Shown here piece by piece: positions 12,790-25,080 of a stretch of DNA of 44,938 nucleotides; the first letter of the stretch is position 1; the number at the start of each line of letters is the position of its first letter. The DNA is from Octopus bimaculoides (Eukaryota). The notes under the pieces were generated by a model. It saw only the letters and a program-made list of their open reading frames with translations. It had not been told where the DNA came from and did no database searches. The position numbers and the translations under genes are program-made. The stretch covers positions 24,439,594 to 24,484,531 of the forward strand of contig NC_068996.1 of the NCBI RefSeq assembly GCF_001194135.2. Direction: 5' to 3'.

Positions 12790-13200
12790 CATGAGTGAGC
12801 TGTGGGTTTTTTATGGGCAGCAGGAATCGTAGAGCCTACCCTTATAAGAGACTTAGGTCCTGAATGTAGAGGATTTGCAAAGGCTAAAAAAAAAAATGAA
12901 AGAAGTATGTCCTGCTGAATTTGTAATGATAACGCGTGTGAATTATTGACTGTGAATGGTCTGAGAGAAAAGATGTGTATGAGAAGGATCAGATGTCATT
13001 TGCAAGCATGTGATGTATAAGGATGATGACAACAGCATTAAAAAAAAAGGGTGTTAAGCATCTGAAGTGAATAGTACATACAGAAGAGAAAAACCCCAAA
13101 AAATGGGATGAAGAGGTGCAAAACTGGTCTCAAGATGCTGAGCTTCATAAAAGAAATGACATGACACCGTGCAACTGGTACCATGATCAACATGATCTTT
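12790..13200 (+). mobile_element. Highly degenerate RTE-clade LINE ORF 3' end
   Basis: Frameshifted fragments LREKMCMRRIRCHLQ..HV...DDNSIKK...RKTPKKWDEEV resemble the RTE C-terminus LREKLG.R.IRC.VQERRLRW.GHV.RM...VKK...RPRKTWDEVV. Confidence 0.55.
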
Positions 13201-13374
13201 CAGGTAAACATGGCAGAGAGAACACTAACAAAGAAGGAAGCTGGGATGCTCTTGATGCATCAACTCATTGCTCTTCTCCGATACTTTAATTGCATTCATC
13301 CTCTGCTCTTTCCTTACACCTATGGTTCCCTTCAGCCTCTCTTTTCTCTCTCACTGTATTCATCCATGGCTTCT

Positions 13375-13418
<44 letters not shown>

Positions 13419-13851
13419 CATCCACTCCTCATAGCTTGTTCATTACCTCAGCACTCATCTTCAGCCCTTCTGGATACCCTTCATCTCATTCTCTATCTCG
13501 TGCTCATCACCCTTCTACTTTGTACTGCCCTCATTCCCACACTTTTACAATGATACATCTATTATCCTCATTTTATTTTACTCTTTCATCACCTCATATA
13601 AATCCTCTCTCATTTTTTCATTCAGTGTTTCTTTCATTCTTTTTTTAGTTTTGCAGATTACAAGGTGACCTCCCTAATGTTGGTGCCACAACAGAAGCGC
13701 TTAGTATACTCAGTAAAGTGACTGGTGTTAGAAAAGCATCCCACTGAATAAACTACGCCAATACCAGAACATTGTAGCATGAGATAATCATCTGATTTCT
13801 TGAATCCTGTTAAATCTTCAAAATCATGCCTACATGAAGACAGAAGTAAAG

Positions 13852-13903
<52 letters not shown>

Positions 13904-14221
13904 GGTGGTGGTGGTGGTGGTGGTGGTGGTTTTGGTGGTGANNNNNNNNNNATGATGATGATGATGGTGGTGGTGGTGGTGGTGGTGGTGGTGGTGGTGG
14001 TGGTGGTTTTGGTGGTGATGATATAGCTAATGTATATATATATTGGTTTTGTACCAACTAGGATTTGAATTAAAGATCGTCTACACCCATATATTTTTTC
14101 CTTTCCTTATATTTTATTTATTGATTTTGCAAATTCTGAATATATATTTATATATGTTCTTTGCTTGGATTATACCGGTGGACTTGGATGTTTGACATCC
14201 CTTTGAAGGATGTGTGTGAGC

Positions 14222-14256
<35 letters not shown>

Positions 14257-14264
14257 GCAAAACA

Positions 14265-14375
14265 CGGGACGAAGTATTGAGGGTTGATCTCAAAACCTTG
14301 ACCATACAAAGGAGATGACAAAGGACTGAGATATCTGGTGCCTTGCTGTACTCAAGAAAGCCCGTCCACCACAAA
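14265..14375 (+). mobile_element. RTE LINE ORF extreme 3' fragment
   Basis: gggacgaagtattgagggttgatctcaaaaccttgacc... reads WDEVLRVDLKTL, as in RTE KTWDEVVK.DL.TL. Confidence 0.55.
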
Positions 14376-15629
14376 ACTGATATCATAAAACCACCTGGGT
14401 AATACTTGTACATGAGAGACTCTACCCACTCCTTCGTCTATCCTCTCCAACCTGTCAATCTCCCCCACCCACCCTCTATTTCATCCCCTAACACTCACTT
14501 CTTCTCTATCACCAGAGAGCAGAATAGGCATATAGTACATTCTACCCCACCACCACCCAGCTTTCTCAGTTATCTTTCTTCCTTCACTCCAGATCACATC
14601 CCTTTCCTATTACCTTCCTCTGCCTACTGTCTCCACCAGTCACTACCTTTCTGTGCCTTCTTTCCTCAATGCTGTCTCCATCATTAAAACTTCGCTTACC
14701 TGCTATCACCCTCAATGCACACACATATTTTCCACAATTCCTATTCCTGAGGTCCTCCTATATTTCTCACCATCATTTACTACAGGCACAGTCCTACTCA
14801 CTCACCCAGTCTAAACATATATAACACCTCATCTATTCCCACCACCCCCAATGTCCCTTGAAGGCATGTCCTAATACACCTTTGCCATCATCTCTCTCAC
14901 TATCACTCTTTTTATATCACTCTTTCTTCACTTCCAACTGGAGTATCCTTGTATCTACTCTACAGCAAAACACCTATCTCTCTCCATTTATAACCTTAAA
15001 TCTCTCAACTGGCACAAAGCCACACACACTCAATGCTACTCCCCCTACTCCTAGGTGAGGGGTTTGACAGTGCTGGTGCCATGGAAAAAACACCCAGTAC
15101 ACTCTATAAAGTGGTTGGCATTAGGAAGGGTGTCTAGCTGTAGAAGCCATGCCAAAAAGACCATTTTCGGGGTTTTTCTCTTCTGTATGTTCTATTCACT
15201 TCAAATGCTCAACACCCTTTTTTTAATGCAGCTGTCATCATCCATACACATCACATGCATGCAAACTACATCTGATCCCTTTCATACACATCTTTTCTCA
15301 CATTGCATAATACATGCACATCATCATTACTCATCCAGAAGGACATGCTTCCTTCATTTTGCTCTAGCCTTTGCAAATCCCCTGCATTCAGGACCTAAGT
15401 CTCTTTTAAAGGGCGGGGTCTATGATTCATGCTGTCCATAAGAAACCCACAACCAAAAAACACAATGGAACCTGGTGCAGCTACTGGCCTTGCCAGCTCC
15501 TCTCAAGCCATCCAACCCCTACCACCATTAAAAACAGCATTAAATGATGATGATGATGATGATGATGTTGTCAGTGGTGTTGGTGGCTGTGGAGTGTATG
15601 TGTGTGTGCATATATATATATATATATAT

Positions 15630-16045
15630 CATCATCATCATCATCATCATCGTTTAACGTCTGCTTTCCATGCTAGCATGGGTTGGACGACTTGACTGAG
15701 GACTGGTGAAACCGGATGGCAACACCAGGCTCCAATCTAAATTTGGCAGAGTTTCTACAGCTGGATGCCCTTCCTAACGCCAACCACTCAGAGAGTGTAG
15801 TAGGGGCTTTTACGTGTCACCTGCACGAAGGCCAGTCAGGCGATACTGGCAACGGCCATGCTCGAAATGGTGTCTTTTATGTGCCACCCGCACAAGCCAG
15901 TCCAGGGGCACTGGCAACGATCTCGCTCGAAAATCCTACGGAAGCCAGTCAGGCGGTACTGGCAACGGCCACGCTCAAAATGGTGCATCTTATGTGCCAC
16001 CCGCACAAGAGCCAGTCCAGGGGCACTGGCAACGATCTTACTTGG

Positions 16046-16050
<5 letters not shown>
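15630..16050 (-). mobile_element. RTE-type 3' UTR fragment with an internal ~117-bp tandem duplication
   Basis: (cat)n tail then family body; agccagtcaggcg.tactggcaacggcca.gctc.aaatggtg...gccagtccaggggcactggcaacgatct occurs twice. Confidence 0.8.
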
Positions 16051-16080
<30 letters not shown>

Positions 16081-16139
16081 GTTGGGTCAAGCGAAAGCGA
16101 AATCGTGATGGCACCTGTGCCAGTGGCACTTGTGCATGG

Positions 16140-16290
16140 AGCTTCTTTCAGTTTCCATCTACTAGATCCACTCACAAGGCTTTGGTTGGCCCGAGGCTAT
16201 AGTAGAAGACACTTGCCCAAGGTGCCACGCAGTGGCACTGAATCCAGAACCATGTGGTGGTTGGTAAGCAAGCTGCTTACCACACTACCA
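16140..16290 (-). mobile_element. SINE family A 5' half
   Basis: gcttctttcagtttccatctactagatccactcacaaggctttgg...agaagacacttgcccaaggtgccacgcagtgg.actgaa.ccagaaccatgtgg. Confidence 0.8.
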
Positions 16291-16450
16291 TGCCTTGCCT
16301 GACTGGCCTTCGTGCCAGTGGCACGTAAAAGCACCCACTATACTCTTGGAGTGGTTGGCGTTAGGAAGGGCATCCAGTTGTAGAAACTCGGCCAGATCAG
16401 ATTGGAGCCTGGTGCAGCCATCTGGTTCGCCAGTCCTCAGTCAAATCGAC
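16290..16450 (+). mobile_element. RTE-tail fragment
   Basis: gactggccttcgtgccagtggcacgtaaaagcaccc..tactcttggagtggttggcgttaggaagggcatccagttgtagaaac. Confidence 0.75.
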
Positions 16451-16819
16451 CAGGTTTTAAGAAGGTGGGACAAGAGTGATAGATGGATAGACACATGGTA
16501 TAAAGGTGTCACATGTATAAGAGATGAATGTAAAGAATGGTGAACAGGGATAGGAGTGGTTGATGATAAATTTGAGTTGAAGGGAATGTTAAGTATGATT
16601 AATAGATGATAGCTCAGAGGAGAGGAAGTGGTGACTGGCAGTACAGATATGGTGATAGGATAGGGTTTGTAGTAACAGCTTCTGATTTCATCACTGCAGC
16701 AGTAAAATAATATAATAGTGAGTAGAATGATGAAGGGTTGAGTGATAGGGAGATTAGGGGTAGTTTTAAAGGTTGTTAAGGTGAAGGAAGAGAGTGAAAG
16801 ATGGATGTAAACAAAGGTA

Positions 16820-17210
16820 TGGGTGTTTTTTACATGCCACCTACACAGATGCCATTTACATGTCACTGGCAACAGCCATAACTACAATTTCATGGGTGCC
16901 ATTTACATGATACTGGCAATGGCCACAACTAAAGTTTCACTTGTGTTCACGAGTCTTTTCAAGCACAGCATATCGCCAACGTTTTGGTCACTTGTCAATA
17001 CTCCTGTGAGACCTAACATTCGGTGATCATACTTCTGGCTACAGCTACAATTACAATTTCATGGTTGCCATTTACATGACACCAGCAACAGCCATGACTA
17101 CGATTTCATTTGGCTTCACCAAAGGCCTCAGTCACTAAGGATCTCCACCATTAGAGATCGGCATGTCTTTACACAGCTGTTCTCATCTATACACATCAAT
17201 TCTTGACAGC
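16820..17210 (-). mobile_element. Two RTE LINE ORF-end/3' UTR fragments
   Basis: Minus strand reads K.DHRMLGLTGVLTSDQN.. and MDENSCVKTCRSLMVE, both RTE C-terminal motifs, each followed by the family 3' UTR repeats. Confidence 0.65.
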
Positions 17211-17617
17211 ACATTGTGTCCAACATCTCAGGTGGAATATTTCACAGGTGTTTTAGTGAGATGTTTTGGCTTTTTTCTTCCTTTTTGTTGAGGTTGCTAC
17301 TTTTGGTCAGTTCCTTCTGCTCTGAAACCATCCAAATCATCCACATCTAACATATTTTATCCTTTCTTCAATGCCAAATGAAGTACTTTATCCAAAGGTT
17401 GTAGCATAGACATGAAATTGATTGATATCATAGCTTAGGTTTTGTTCAAGGATTTAACCTTCCCTTTGGCCTTTAATTGTTTCCCACACTAGAAGCAATT
17501 TCATTTTCAGAAAGGTCTCTGGTGTTTTGCTCCCCATTGTCATCTATCAAGACGTTAAGATGATAGAAAACCAAAAGTTCAGGTAGAATTTTCTCCCATT
17601 TTGGTAATCCTTTTCCC

Positions 17618-17817
17618 TTAACCCTTCAGCATTCAAATTATTTTGTCAATTGTAATGCTTATTTATCTACATTGCTTTAAATAAATCATGTATTATCTTA
17701 TAACTTCAAGATTTTGATGATATGATTGTTTATTTTTAGAATGATATTGCAGGGTATGTGTGATCAGCCAGATCTGGTTGGTTTGAATATAAAATAGATA
17801 GAATATTTAAGCTGGGT

Positions 17818-17857
<40 letters not shown>

Positions 17858-18253
17858 ACAACATCATCATCATCAGTTAACGTCCATTTTCCATGCTTGC
17901 ATGGGTTAGACAGTTTGACAGGAGCTGGTAAGCCAGAGAGTTGCACCAGGCTCCAGCTGTCTGTTTTGGTTTGGTTTCTACAGCTGGATGCCCTTCCTAA
18001 TGCCAACCACTCCACAGAGTATACTGGGTGTCTTTTACATGTCACTGGCACAGGTATTTTTTCCATGCCAGCAACACGAGTGCCTTTTATGTGTCACCAG
18101 CACAGGTGCCTTTTACATGCCACCGGTACAGGTACCTCTTATGTGTCATCAGCACAGACCACAAACTCAATTTCATTTAGCTTGACATGTCTTCTCAAGC
18201 ACAGCAAATCGCCAGAAGTCTCTCAGTATCCAGTTTAAATGCTAAAGGGCTAA
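17618..18253. mobile_element. TTAA-flanked piggyBac-type MITE interrupted by an RTE 3' fragment (17820-18228)
   Basis: Left TTAA-cccttcagcatt, right aatgctaaaggg-CTAA; body homologous to 23380-23400/23740-23880. Confidence 0.7.
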
Positions 18254-18829
18254 ATATTATCATAAAATTGAATTTAGTCCCATCTGTCACACACAGGTAC
18301 CACAGTAAAATACATCCTTTCATGTCCTGAGATCCTTGACAACAAAGTAATGAATTGAATTCTTTCATTCGATGCCAGTTGTACATTTTCCAAAAAGATC
18401 AAAATAACAAATGAGTTTCATCCAAATTTCCAATTTGTCCAACTTGAAAACCATTCAGTTTTCTTTACTTCAAAATAAATATGTGAAACGAATTTATCTT
18501 ATCTTCTAAGTAACATGTAAGTTTTAATTATATCTTGTTTTTTCAATCATAGAAGAAATTCAAAGGGTTTACCATTAGCCAAATCTATTTTGTCACAAGT
18601 TTTGGAGCCATTTATTTGATTTGAGGATACTTTCCTTCCTTTTTTCTGACTAGCCTTGGAAATACTGTGAATGGCTGCAAAACAACTAGTGGAAAATTAA
18701 ATTGTATTGTTTGAAGTAAGAAAAATTTGCAGAAGCTTAGACAATTAAAATTCAGCCATAGAAACTATGCCAATATGAAACATGGATGTTAAAAGATGAT
18801 GCTAGTGTATGTGTGTGTGTGTACATATC

Positions 18830-18973
18830 ATTATCCTTTAATGTTCATCATCCTTGCTGGCATGGGTTGGATGGTTTGACAAGAGTTGATAAGCCAGAGA
18901 ACTGCACCAAGCTCCACTATCTGCTTTGGCATGGTTTCTATGGCTGGATGCCCCTTCTAATGTCAACCAATAT

Positions 18974-19066
<93 letters not shown>

Positions 19067-19099
19067 AATAGATAGATAGAGAGAGAGAGAGAGAGGTAA

Positions 19100-19168
<69 letters not shown>

Positions 19169-19395
19169 CAGACAGATAGATAGTTAGATAGGTAGGTAGG
19201 TAGACAATTCCAATGACACATATAAAGTGCTTGGCATTTGAAAGGATATCTAGTCATAGCCACCATGCCAAATAGACACCAGAGCAAGGTGCAGTCCTCA
19301 GACCTGTTTGATTTTCTCAAAATCATCCAATCCAGGCCACCATGGAACATGGACATTATAAGATAATGATGATGATGATGATGATGATGATGATC
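18830..19395. mobile_element. Two divergently oriented RTE-tail fragments around a (GA)n/(GATA)n tract
   Basis: 18830-18965 minus (catccttgctggcatgggttggatgg), 19205-19395 plus (ending in (GAT)n). Confidence 0.65.
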
Positions 19396-20698
19396 CCTTA
19401 TCATCATTACATAAAAGACAATAGAAACCTAGAACTAGACCAAGACCTATATCAGACAAAGGTAAAAAAAAAAAACCCTCATTTAAACAAACTATGTCAG
19501 CAACAGTGGGATAAACATCCAAATACTGAAAAACATAGAATTACACAAAAAAAATATGAATCAGCTTATGGCTGAGACTGAACCAAAGAGTTTTACCAAT
19601 AAGCTTATATGGCACCACTTTTATCATAACACCACTTCTTCTAAACCAGTTTATAAACAATTTTATTTTCCAGTCAACGGATTACATTTTTATCGAAGGG
19701 TAGTGGTGGGTGAAGAAATATGGTTAAGTTCATTTCTTTCTTTTTATGTTTTTGCTTCATTTTTAAGATTTTTCGAATTTTTTTTTTTTTTTCTGAAAAA
19801 TGTATTCAACAGAATATTTCTACAGAAATTCTAAACTTAATCAACAGAAATATTACCTTCCCACAGGTGTTTAAAATTGGCATGAGATATTGATAAAAAC
19901 CAGATTTCCTCTTTGAGAATTTTCCAAAAGTAACACCCTGGGTTTTTTTTGTTGTTTGCTTCTTTTCTGTTTGTTCTTTTTTGTTTGTTTGTTTTCGGTT
20001 TGTTCTTTTTTGTTTGTTTGTTTGTTTTTTTTATTTTCACTGTTGCGAGCCATGCCACACCCACCCCTGTTAATTTTTGCTAAAAAAAATCTGAATTAAA
20101 TCTGTAAAGTAATCTTGTGTTATGTCTGGAAATAAAATGTCTATCCGGCAGTAAACGAATAAATTAATAAATAAATTAACTAATTAATCACTTCTTTAAT
20201 TAATTTATACATTTAATTCAGTTAATTCTCTTGGATGATGTGAAAATCTAATTTAATAGCTGACTAACTTGCTTCAGATTTGAACTCAAAAAGTGGTAAT
20301 AGTGTTTGTTTAGAATCAGATAGTGAGGAACCAAAAAAAAAAAAAAATACAAAACAAGATGGAATGAAAATAATACTATCAAAGACTTTTAGAGCACCTA
20401 AATAGATGATATGATATTTAAGAACCCTGCTATTGGATTAACCAAACTTAGAGATTAGCAACAAGATGTGTTAACAGCTGAAAGGCTTAAACTGTTCAGA
20501 CTACTAATTTGCTCGTCTAAGGTTCAAATCATGATATACTCATTGTGTTCTATCCTAAATTCAGTTACAATTCTTGCCTCTAGAAAACTGAATTGTAAAA
20601 GACAAGCTGGTGTGGATACATTTTCTTATTACAATGACTCTGAAGAATATATGCAGTTTCAAGTCTTGTATTTTTCTGACTACAGGACATTGATAGAT

Positions 20699-20945
20699 TG
20701 ATTGGTGGGTGTTAAGAAGGGCAAACATCCAGATTGAGGTATTAAGAAAGTTAGTTATCCAGACTGAGGTACTAACAAGGGCAGGTATCCAAACTCAGGT
20801 GCTAAGAAAGGCAGATAACCATATTGAAGTGGTATGAAGGATATATCTCTAGACTGAAGTACTAAGAAAAGCAGATACCCATGTTGGGGTACTGTGAAGA
20901 ACAGATATTCAGATAGGGGTACTCAGAAGGATTTGAATTCAGAAC
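20699..20945. repeat. Degenerate 30-bp minisatellite, about 8 gapless units
   Basis: Units start at 20699, 20729, 20759, 20789, 20819, 20849, 20879, 20909; consensus approximately ccagactgaggtactaagaaaggcagatat. Confidence 0.85.
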
Positions 20946-21014
20946 CATAATAGAAAAGAAAAAAGATTTTTAAAAAACTCATACTTCTCAGTCAATTAGT
21001 ACTGCTCCTGCAGA

Positions 21015-21250
21015 CAGTCATATAAGTGAATATGGTAGACGGAAACTGAAAGAAACCCTTGAATTATATATACTTATATATATATATATACACACATATA
21101 TACGTGTGTGTTGTAAGAAGCTTGCTTCCCAACCACATGGTTCTGGGTTCAGTCCCATGTGTGACACTTGGGCAAGTGTTGTCTACTATAACCTCAGGCT
21201 AACCAGAGCCTTGTGAGTGGATTTGATAGATAGAAACTGAAAGAAACCAG

Positions 21251-21289
<39 letters not shown>

Positions 21290-21378
21290 CATCATCATCA
21301 TCATCATCGTTTAACGTCCGCTTTCCATGCTAGCATGGGTTGGACGATTTGACTGAGGACTGGCAAGCCAGAAGGCTA
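21015..21378. mobile_element. SINE family A fragments (+) followed by an RTE-tail 3' end (-) truncated by a gap
   Basis: tgtaagaagcttgcttcccaaccacatggttctgggttcagtccc (21110); (cat)n cgtttaacgtccgctttccatgctagc (21290). Confidence 0.7.
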
Positions 21379-21610
21379 NNNNNNNNNNNNNNNNNNNNNN
21401 NNNNNNNNNNNNNNNNNNNNNNNNNNNNNNNNNNNNNNNNNNNNNNNNNNNNNNNNNNNNNNNNNNNNNNNNNNNNNNNNNNNNNNNNNNNNNNNNNNNN
21501 NNNNNNNNNNNNNNNNNNNNNNNNNNNNNNNNNNNNNNNNNNNNNNNNNNNNNNNNNNNNNNNNNNNNNNNNNNNNNNNNNNNNNNNNNNNNNNNATATA
21601 TATATATATA

Positions 21611-22687
21611 ATTATTAAATTGAATTTGAGGTTGTGTTAACCTCATGAAGGGATGGTTTCATCCCAAAAAATACTAGTTCAATACCTAGTATTTTCGGGG
21701 AATGAATTTCCTTAAAATAATAAATATTTATAAAAACATATTTTATATTCATTTACAAGAAGAAGAAAATGGAGATTGCAAAGTTAATAATTGTTTATTA
21801 TTAACAACAAAGTGGCCGTCTTCATTTACAGCCATTTCTATTAATACTCAATAAACATTAAATTTACATTTATACAACATTAGCATAATATTATCAGAGG
21901 TAAAAAAAGATGTACCTTTGGATGCTATATGTGTGTTTATGAATTCATTTTAGCAGACTGAATGCTACGGTTTATGATTTGTATTGTTATATGCTTGGGT
22001 GAGGAGTTTACAGATTGAAAGAATGAAATATTCATTTATAGAGTATGAATAATATATATATAATTTTTATAATTTTATTCATAATTTATAAATGAATATT
22101 TCATTCTTTTATTAACTATAAACTTACCTTATTTGTATTTAACTTTCCTCTATCATCTCTATTTACTTTATTTATTCATCTCTAATCAATCTGTAAATTC
22201 CTCGCCCAAGCATATAACATTACAAATCATAAACGTAACATTCAGTCAGCTAAAATGAATTCATAAACACGCGTATAGCATCCAAAGGTACATCTTTTTT
22301 CCTCAGATGATATTATGCTCATGTTGCATAAATGTAAATTCAAGGTTTATTGAGAATAAATAGAAACGGCTGTAAGTGAAGATGACCAATCTGCTGTTAA
22401 TAATAAACAATTATTAACTTCCCAATCTTCATTTTCTTCTTTGAAGAGAGACAACCATTTACCTTCACGGTGCTTTGGTGACCACAAGATGGCAGCATGG
22501 CCGAAGATCAATGGACAATGGCAAAGGGAGATAATCGCCTAGGGTTTTACCTTAAAATGAGGTTTGTTCCCCTTCAATATTTTAAAGAGGTCTCAGGCCA
22601 ACAGTGCTTGGGGTCTGAAGATACACTGTAAAACTAAACTCCTTATGAGCAAGGAACCCAGGGTAACCCCATAAACCAGCCTACCCC

Positions 22688-22692
<5 letters not shown>
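21611..22692. repeat. Two related (TA)n-bounded non-coding elements facing tail-to-tail, forming a ~260-bp-arm inverted repeat
   Basis: 21760-22020 is the approximate reverse complement of 22185-22440; 22019-22055 pairs with 22074-22110; (TA)n at the centre and both outer ends. Confidence 0.85.
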
Positions 22693-22729
<37 letters not shown>

Positions 22730-22733
<4 letters not shown>

Positions 22734-22965
22734 GTGTGTGTGTCTTTGTGTCTGTGTTTGTCTCTCCCCACCATCGCTTGACAACCGATGTTGGTGCTTT
22801 TACATTCCTGTAATAGTGCTTCGGGAAAAGAGACCAATAGAATAAGTACTAGGCTTACAAAGAATAAGTCCTGGGGTTGATTTCTTCAATTAAATCCGTT
22901 TAAGGCAGTGCTCCAGCATGGTCACAGTCAAATGACTAAAATAAGTAAAAAGAATAAAGGAATTA
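22730..22965 (+). mobile_element. SINE family A 3' half
   Basis: catcgcttgacaaccgatgttggtg...gaataagtactaggcttacaaagaataagtcctgggg...gcagtgctccagcatggtcacagtcaaatgact. Confidence 0.8.
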
Positions 22966-23057
22966 AAGAATATATATAAACATTATAAAAATTAACTTGA
23001 AGTTTTATGGAAGTAATTTAATCTTTATGCATTTATATTATTTGGTCAAACGTATCT

Positions 23058-23379
23058 GGTACTCTGTTGGGTATTATGACAAAGGTTCCAGTTGATCCAA
23101 TCAATGGAACAGCTTGCTCATGAAATTAACATGCAAGTGGCTGAGCGCTCCACAGACATGCGTACTCTTAATGTAGTTCGCAAGGAGATTCAACATGACA
23201 CAATGTGACAAGGCTAGCTCCTTTGAAATATAGGTACTACTCATTTTTTCCAGCTGAGTTAACTGGAGTAAAGTGAAATAAAGTGTCTTGCTCAAGGACA
23301 CAATGGACCACCAGGAATTGAACTCACAACCTCACGATCATGAATCAAATACCCTAACCACTAAGCCACGTGCCTTCAC
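23058..23379 (-). mobile_element. tRNA-head SINE family C
   Basis: Minus strand begins gtgaaggcacgtggcttagtggttagggt...gtgagttcaattcc (A/B boxes); body homologous to 40232-40400. Confidence 0.8.
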
Positions 23380-23402
23380 CTGTCAAATGTAATGCTTATT
23401 TA

Positions 23403-23738
23403 TGAGGTCTGATCAATAAGTATCTGGACTGTTGCTATAGTAACGAAGCTAAAGCATTTAAAGTGAAGCCACTTGGCACAGATTGACCTTGAACTCTGCT
23501 GTGCATGTGCACTAAGTTTTAACATTCTAGCTCACTTTCGCTGTTTACAGCAATGCTTGGAAGAAATGTGTGTAGCATGTGATTGTCACATTGACCATGA
23601 GAGAGAAAGTTGAGCAGAGAATCTACATCAAATTTTGCACAGCAGAGTTCAAGATCAATCTATGTCAAGCAGCTTTACTCTGTGTGCTTTAGCTTCGTTA
23701 TTATGGCAACAGTCCGGATACTTATTGATCAAACCTCA
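23403..23738 (+). mobile_element. Mariner-derived MITE with ~100-bp inverted ends and a transposase N-terminal remnant
   Basis: ta|tgaggtctgatcaataagtatctggactgttgc ... gcaacagtccggatacttattgatcaaacctca|ca; ATG at 23597 gives MREKVEQRIYIKFC, a mariner N-terminal EQR..IKFC motif. Confidence 0.85.
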
Positions 23739-23884
23739 CATTCACATTATTTTGAATTAATCATGCATTATCCTATAGGTAAGAGATTTTCATGGTGTAA
23801 TTGCTTATTTTAAGAATGACATTGTAGGGTAGGTGTGAGAGGCCAGATCTGGTCAGTTTTAACATAAAACTAGTAGAATATATA

Positions 23885-24280
23885 GACACAGGAGTGGCTG
23901 TGTGGTAAGTAGCTTGCTTACCAACCACATGGTTCCAGGTTCAGTCTCACTGCATGGCATCTTGGGCAAGTGTCTTCTATTATAGCCTTGGGCCGTCCAG
24001 AGCCTTGTGAGTGGATTTGATAGACGGAAATTGAAAGAAGCCTGTCGTATATATGTATATCGTGTATGTATGTGCTTGTGTGTCTGTGTTTGTCCCCCCA
24101 ACATCGCTTGACAACCGGTGCTGGTATGTTTACGTCCCCGTAACTTATCAGTTTGGCAAAAGAGACTGATAGAATAAGTACTAGGCTTACAAAGAATAAG
24201 TCCTGGGGTCGATTTGCTCGACTAAAGGCAGTGCTCCAGCATGGCCGCAGTCAAATGACTGAAACAAGTAAAATAGTAAA
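23885..24280 (+). mobile_element. Full-length tRNA-head SINE family A
   Basis: caggagtggctgtgtggtaagtagcttgcttaccaaccacatggttccaggttcagtc (A/B-box-like head) ... tail actgaaacaagtaaaatagtaaa. Confidence 0.85.
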
Positions 24281-25010
24281 GAAAGTCAAATATAGTCAAT
24301 TTGAATGCTAAAGTTTTAAATCACTTTTAAACATGAAGTTTGTGTCACAGAATCAAGGGCAGTCTCAGGCAGGTTGGTTAGAAAGGGTTAATAGGGATCA
24401 GCCAAGATAGGTCCCTATTTTCATGATCTTGATCAGGGAAATAGATACTGGTTGGTGCGTATCTTTTTTAACATGACATTAATGAGGTTGTCGTTTACCA
24501 TTTAATTAGTTTCATCATGGGAGTGTTTCAGATTCAAATGAAGCAATTATCCATAATTTTTAGCAAATTAATAAACTTTACCAACCACGTAAATTCTTTT
24601 AATTTCTCATCATGACCATCACTTAATACCCCCCACCACAGCCACCTCTATCTTTTTACCACTACACCACCACCACCCTCAGCACTGCCACCACAGCCTC
24701 TACCACCACCACAACCATCACCACAAACACCACTAATTACTACGACAGCAGCTGCAACCAACACCACCACACCCATGACAAACAACTACCATAGCTATCT
24801 CCAGTTTTCAATTGCAAACATGTGGAGAGACCCAATGCAGGCTCACAGCCCACATTGAGCAACCCATCAGTTACTGATCCAGGAACTAGAGTGGTAGTGT
24901 ACCTACATCATTCAAGTATGATGATTCAGCTTTTTGATTAACTGAATTACCTGCTCTTGAATTAACATTAATTCCTGAGTATTCCACAGACCCAGAATTG
25001 GTATGACACA

Positions 25011-25080
25011 GTGTGACACAATGTGACATAGTGTGGCATAGTGTGACACAATGTGACATAGTGTGGCATAGTGTGACACA
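25011..25080. repeat. 10-bp minisatellite with an exact 30-bp higher-order duplication
   Basis: (gtgtgacaca atgtgacata gtgtggcata)x2 gtgtgacaca, grading into (GT)n. Confidence 0.85.

Larger units (their letters stand above)
23018..24319. mobile_element. TTAA-flanked piggyBac-type MITE carrying three nested insertions
   Basis: Remaining pieces (23018-23057, 23380-23402, 23739-23884, 24285-24319) are colinear with the MITE at 17618-18253; TTAA at both ends; the left end is degenerate. Confidence 0.6.

Noticed and set aside
19410-19600. LCQQQWDKHPNTEKHRI, resembling an I/Nimb LINE C-terminal motif
   Set aside because: One short motif only.
20290-20700. Stop-riddled frame SDSEEPKK..KTRW..KNPAIGLTKLRD..LFRLLI, vaguely like a piggyBac N-terminus
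   Set aside because: No catalytic motif or TIR seen; similarity too weak.
24805-24915. Possible 111-nt plus-strand phase 1-1 exon (FNCKHVERPNAGSQPTLSNPSVTDPGTRVVVYLHHS)
   Set aside because: Weak polypyrimidine tract, unrecognised peptide, no partner exons.
20699-25080. Regular 30-bp periodicities as CRISPR-like arrays
   Set aside because: No constant repeat with unique spacers; eukaryotic minisatellites.
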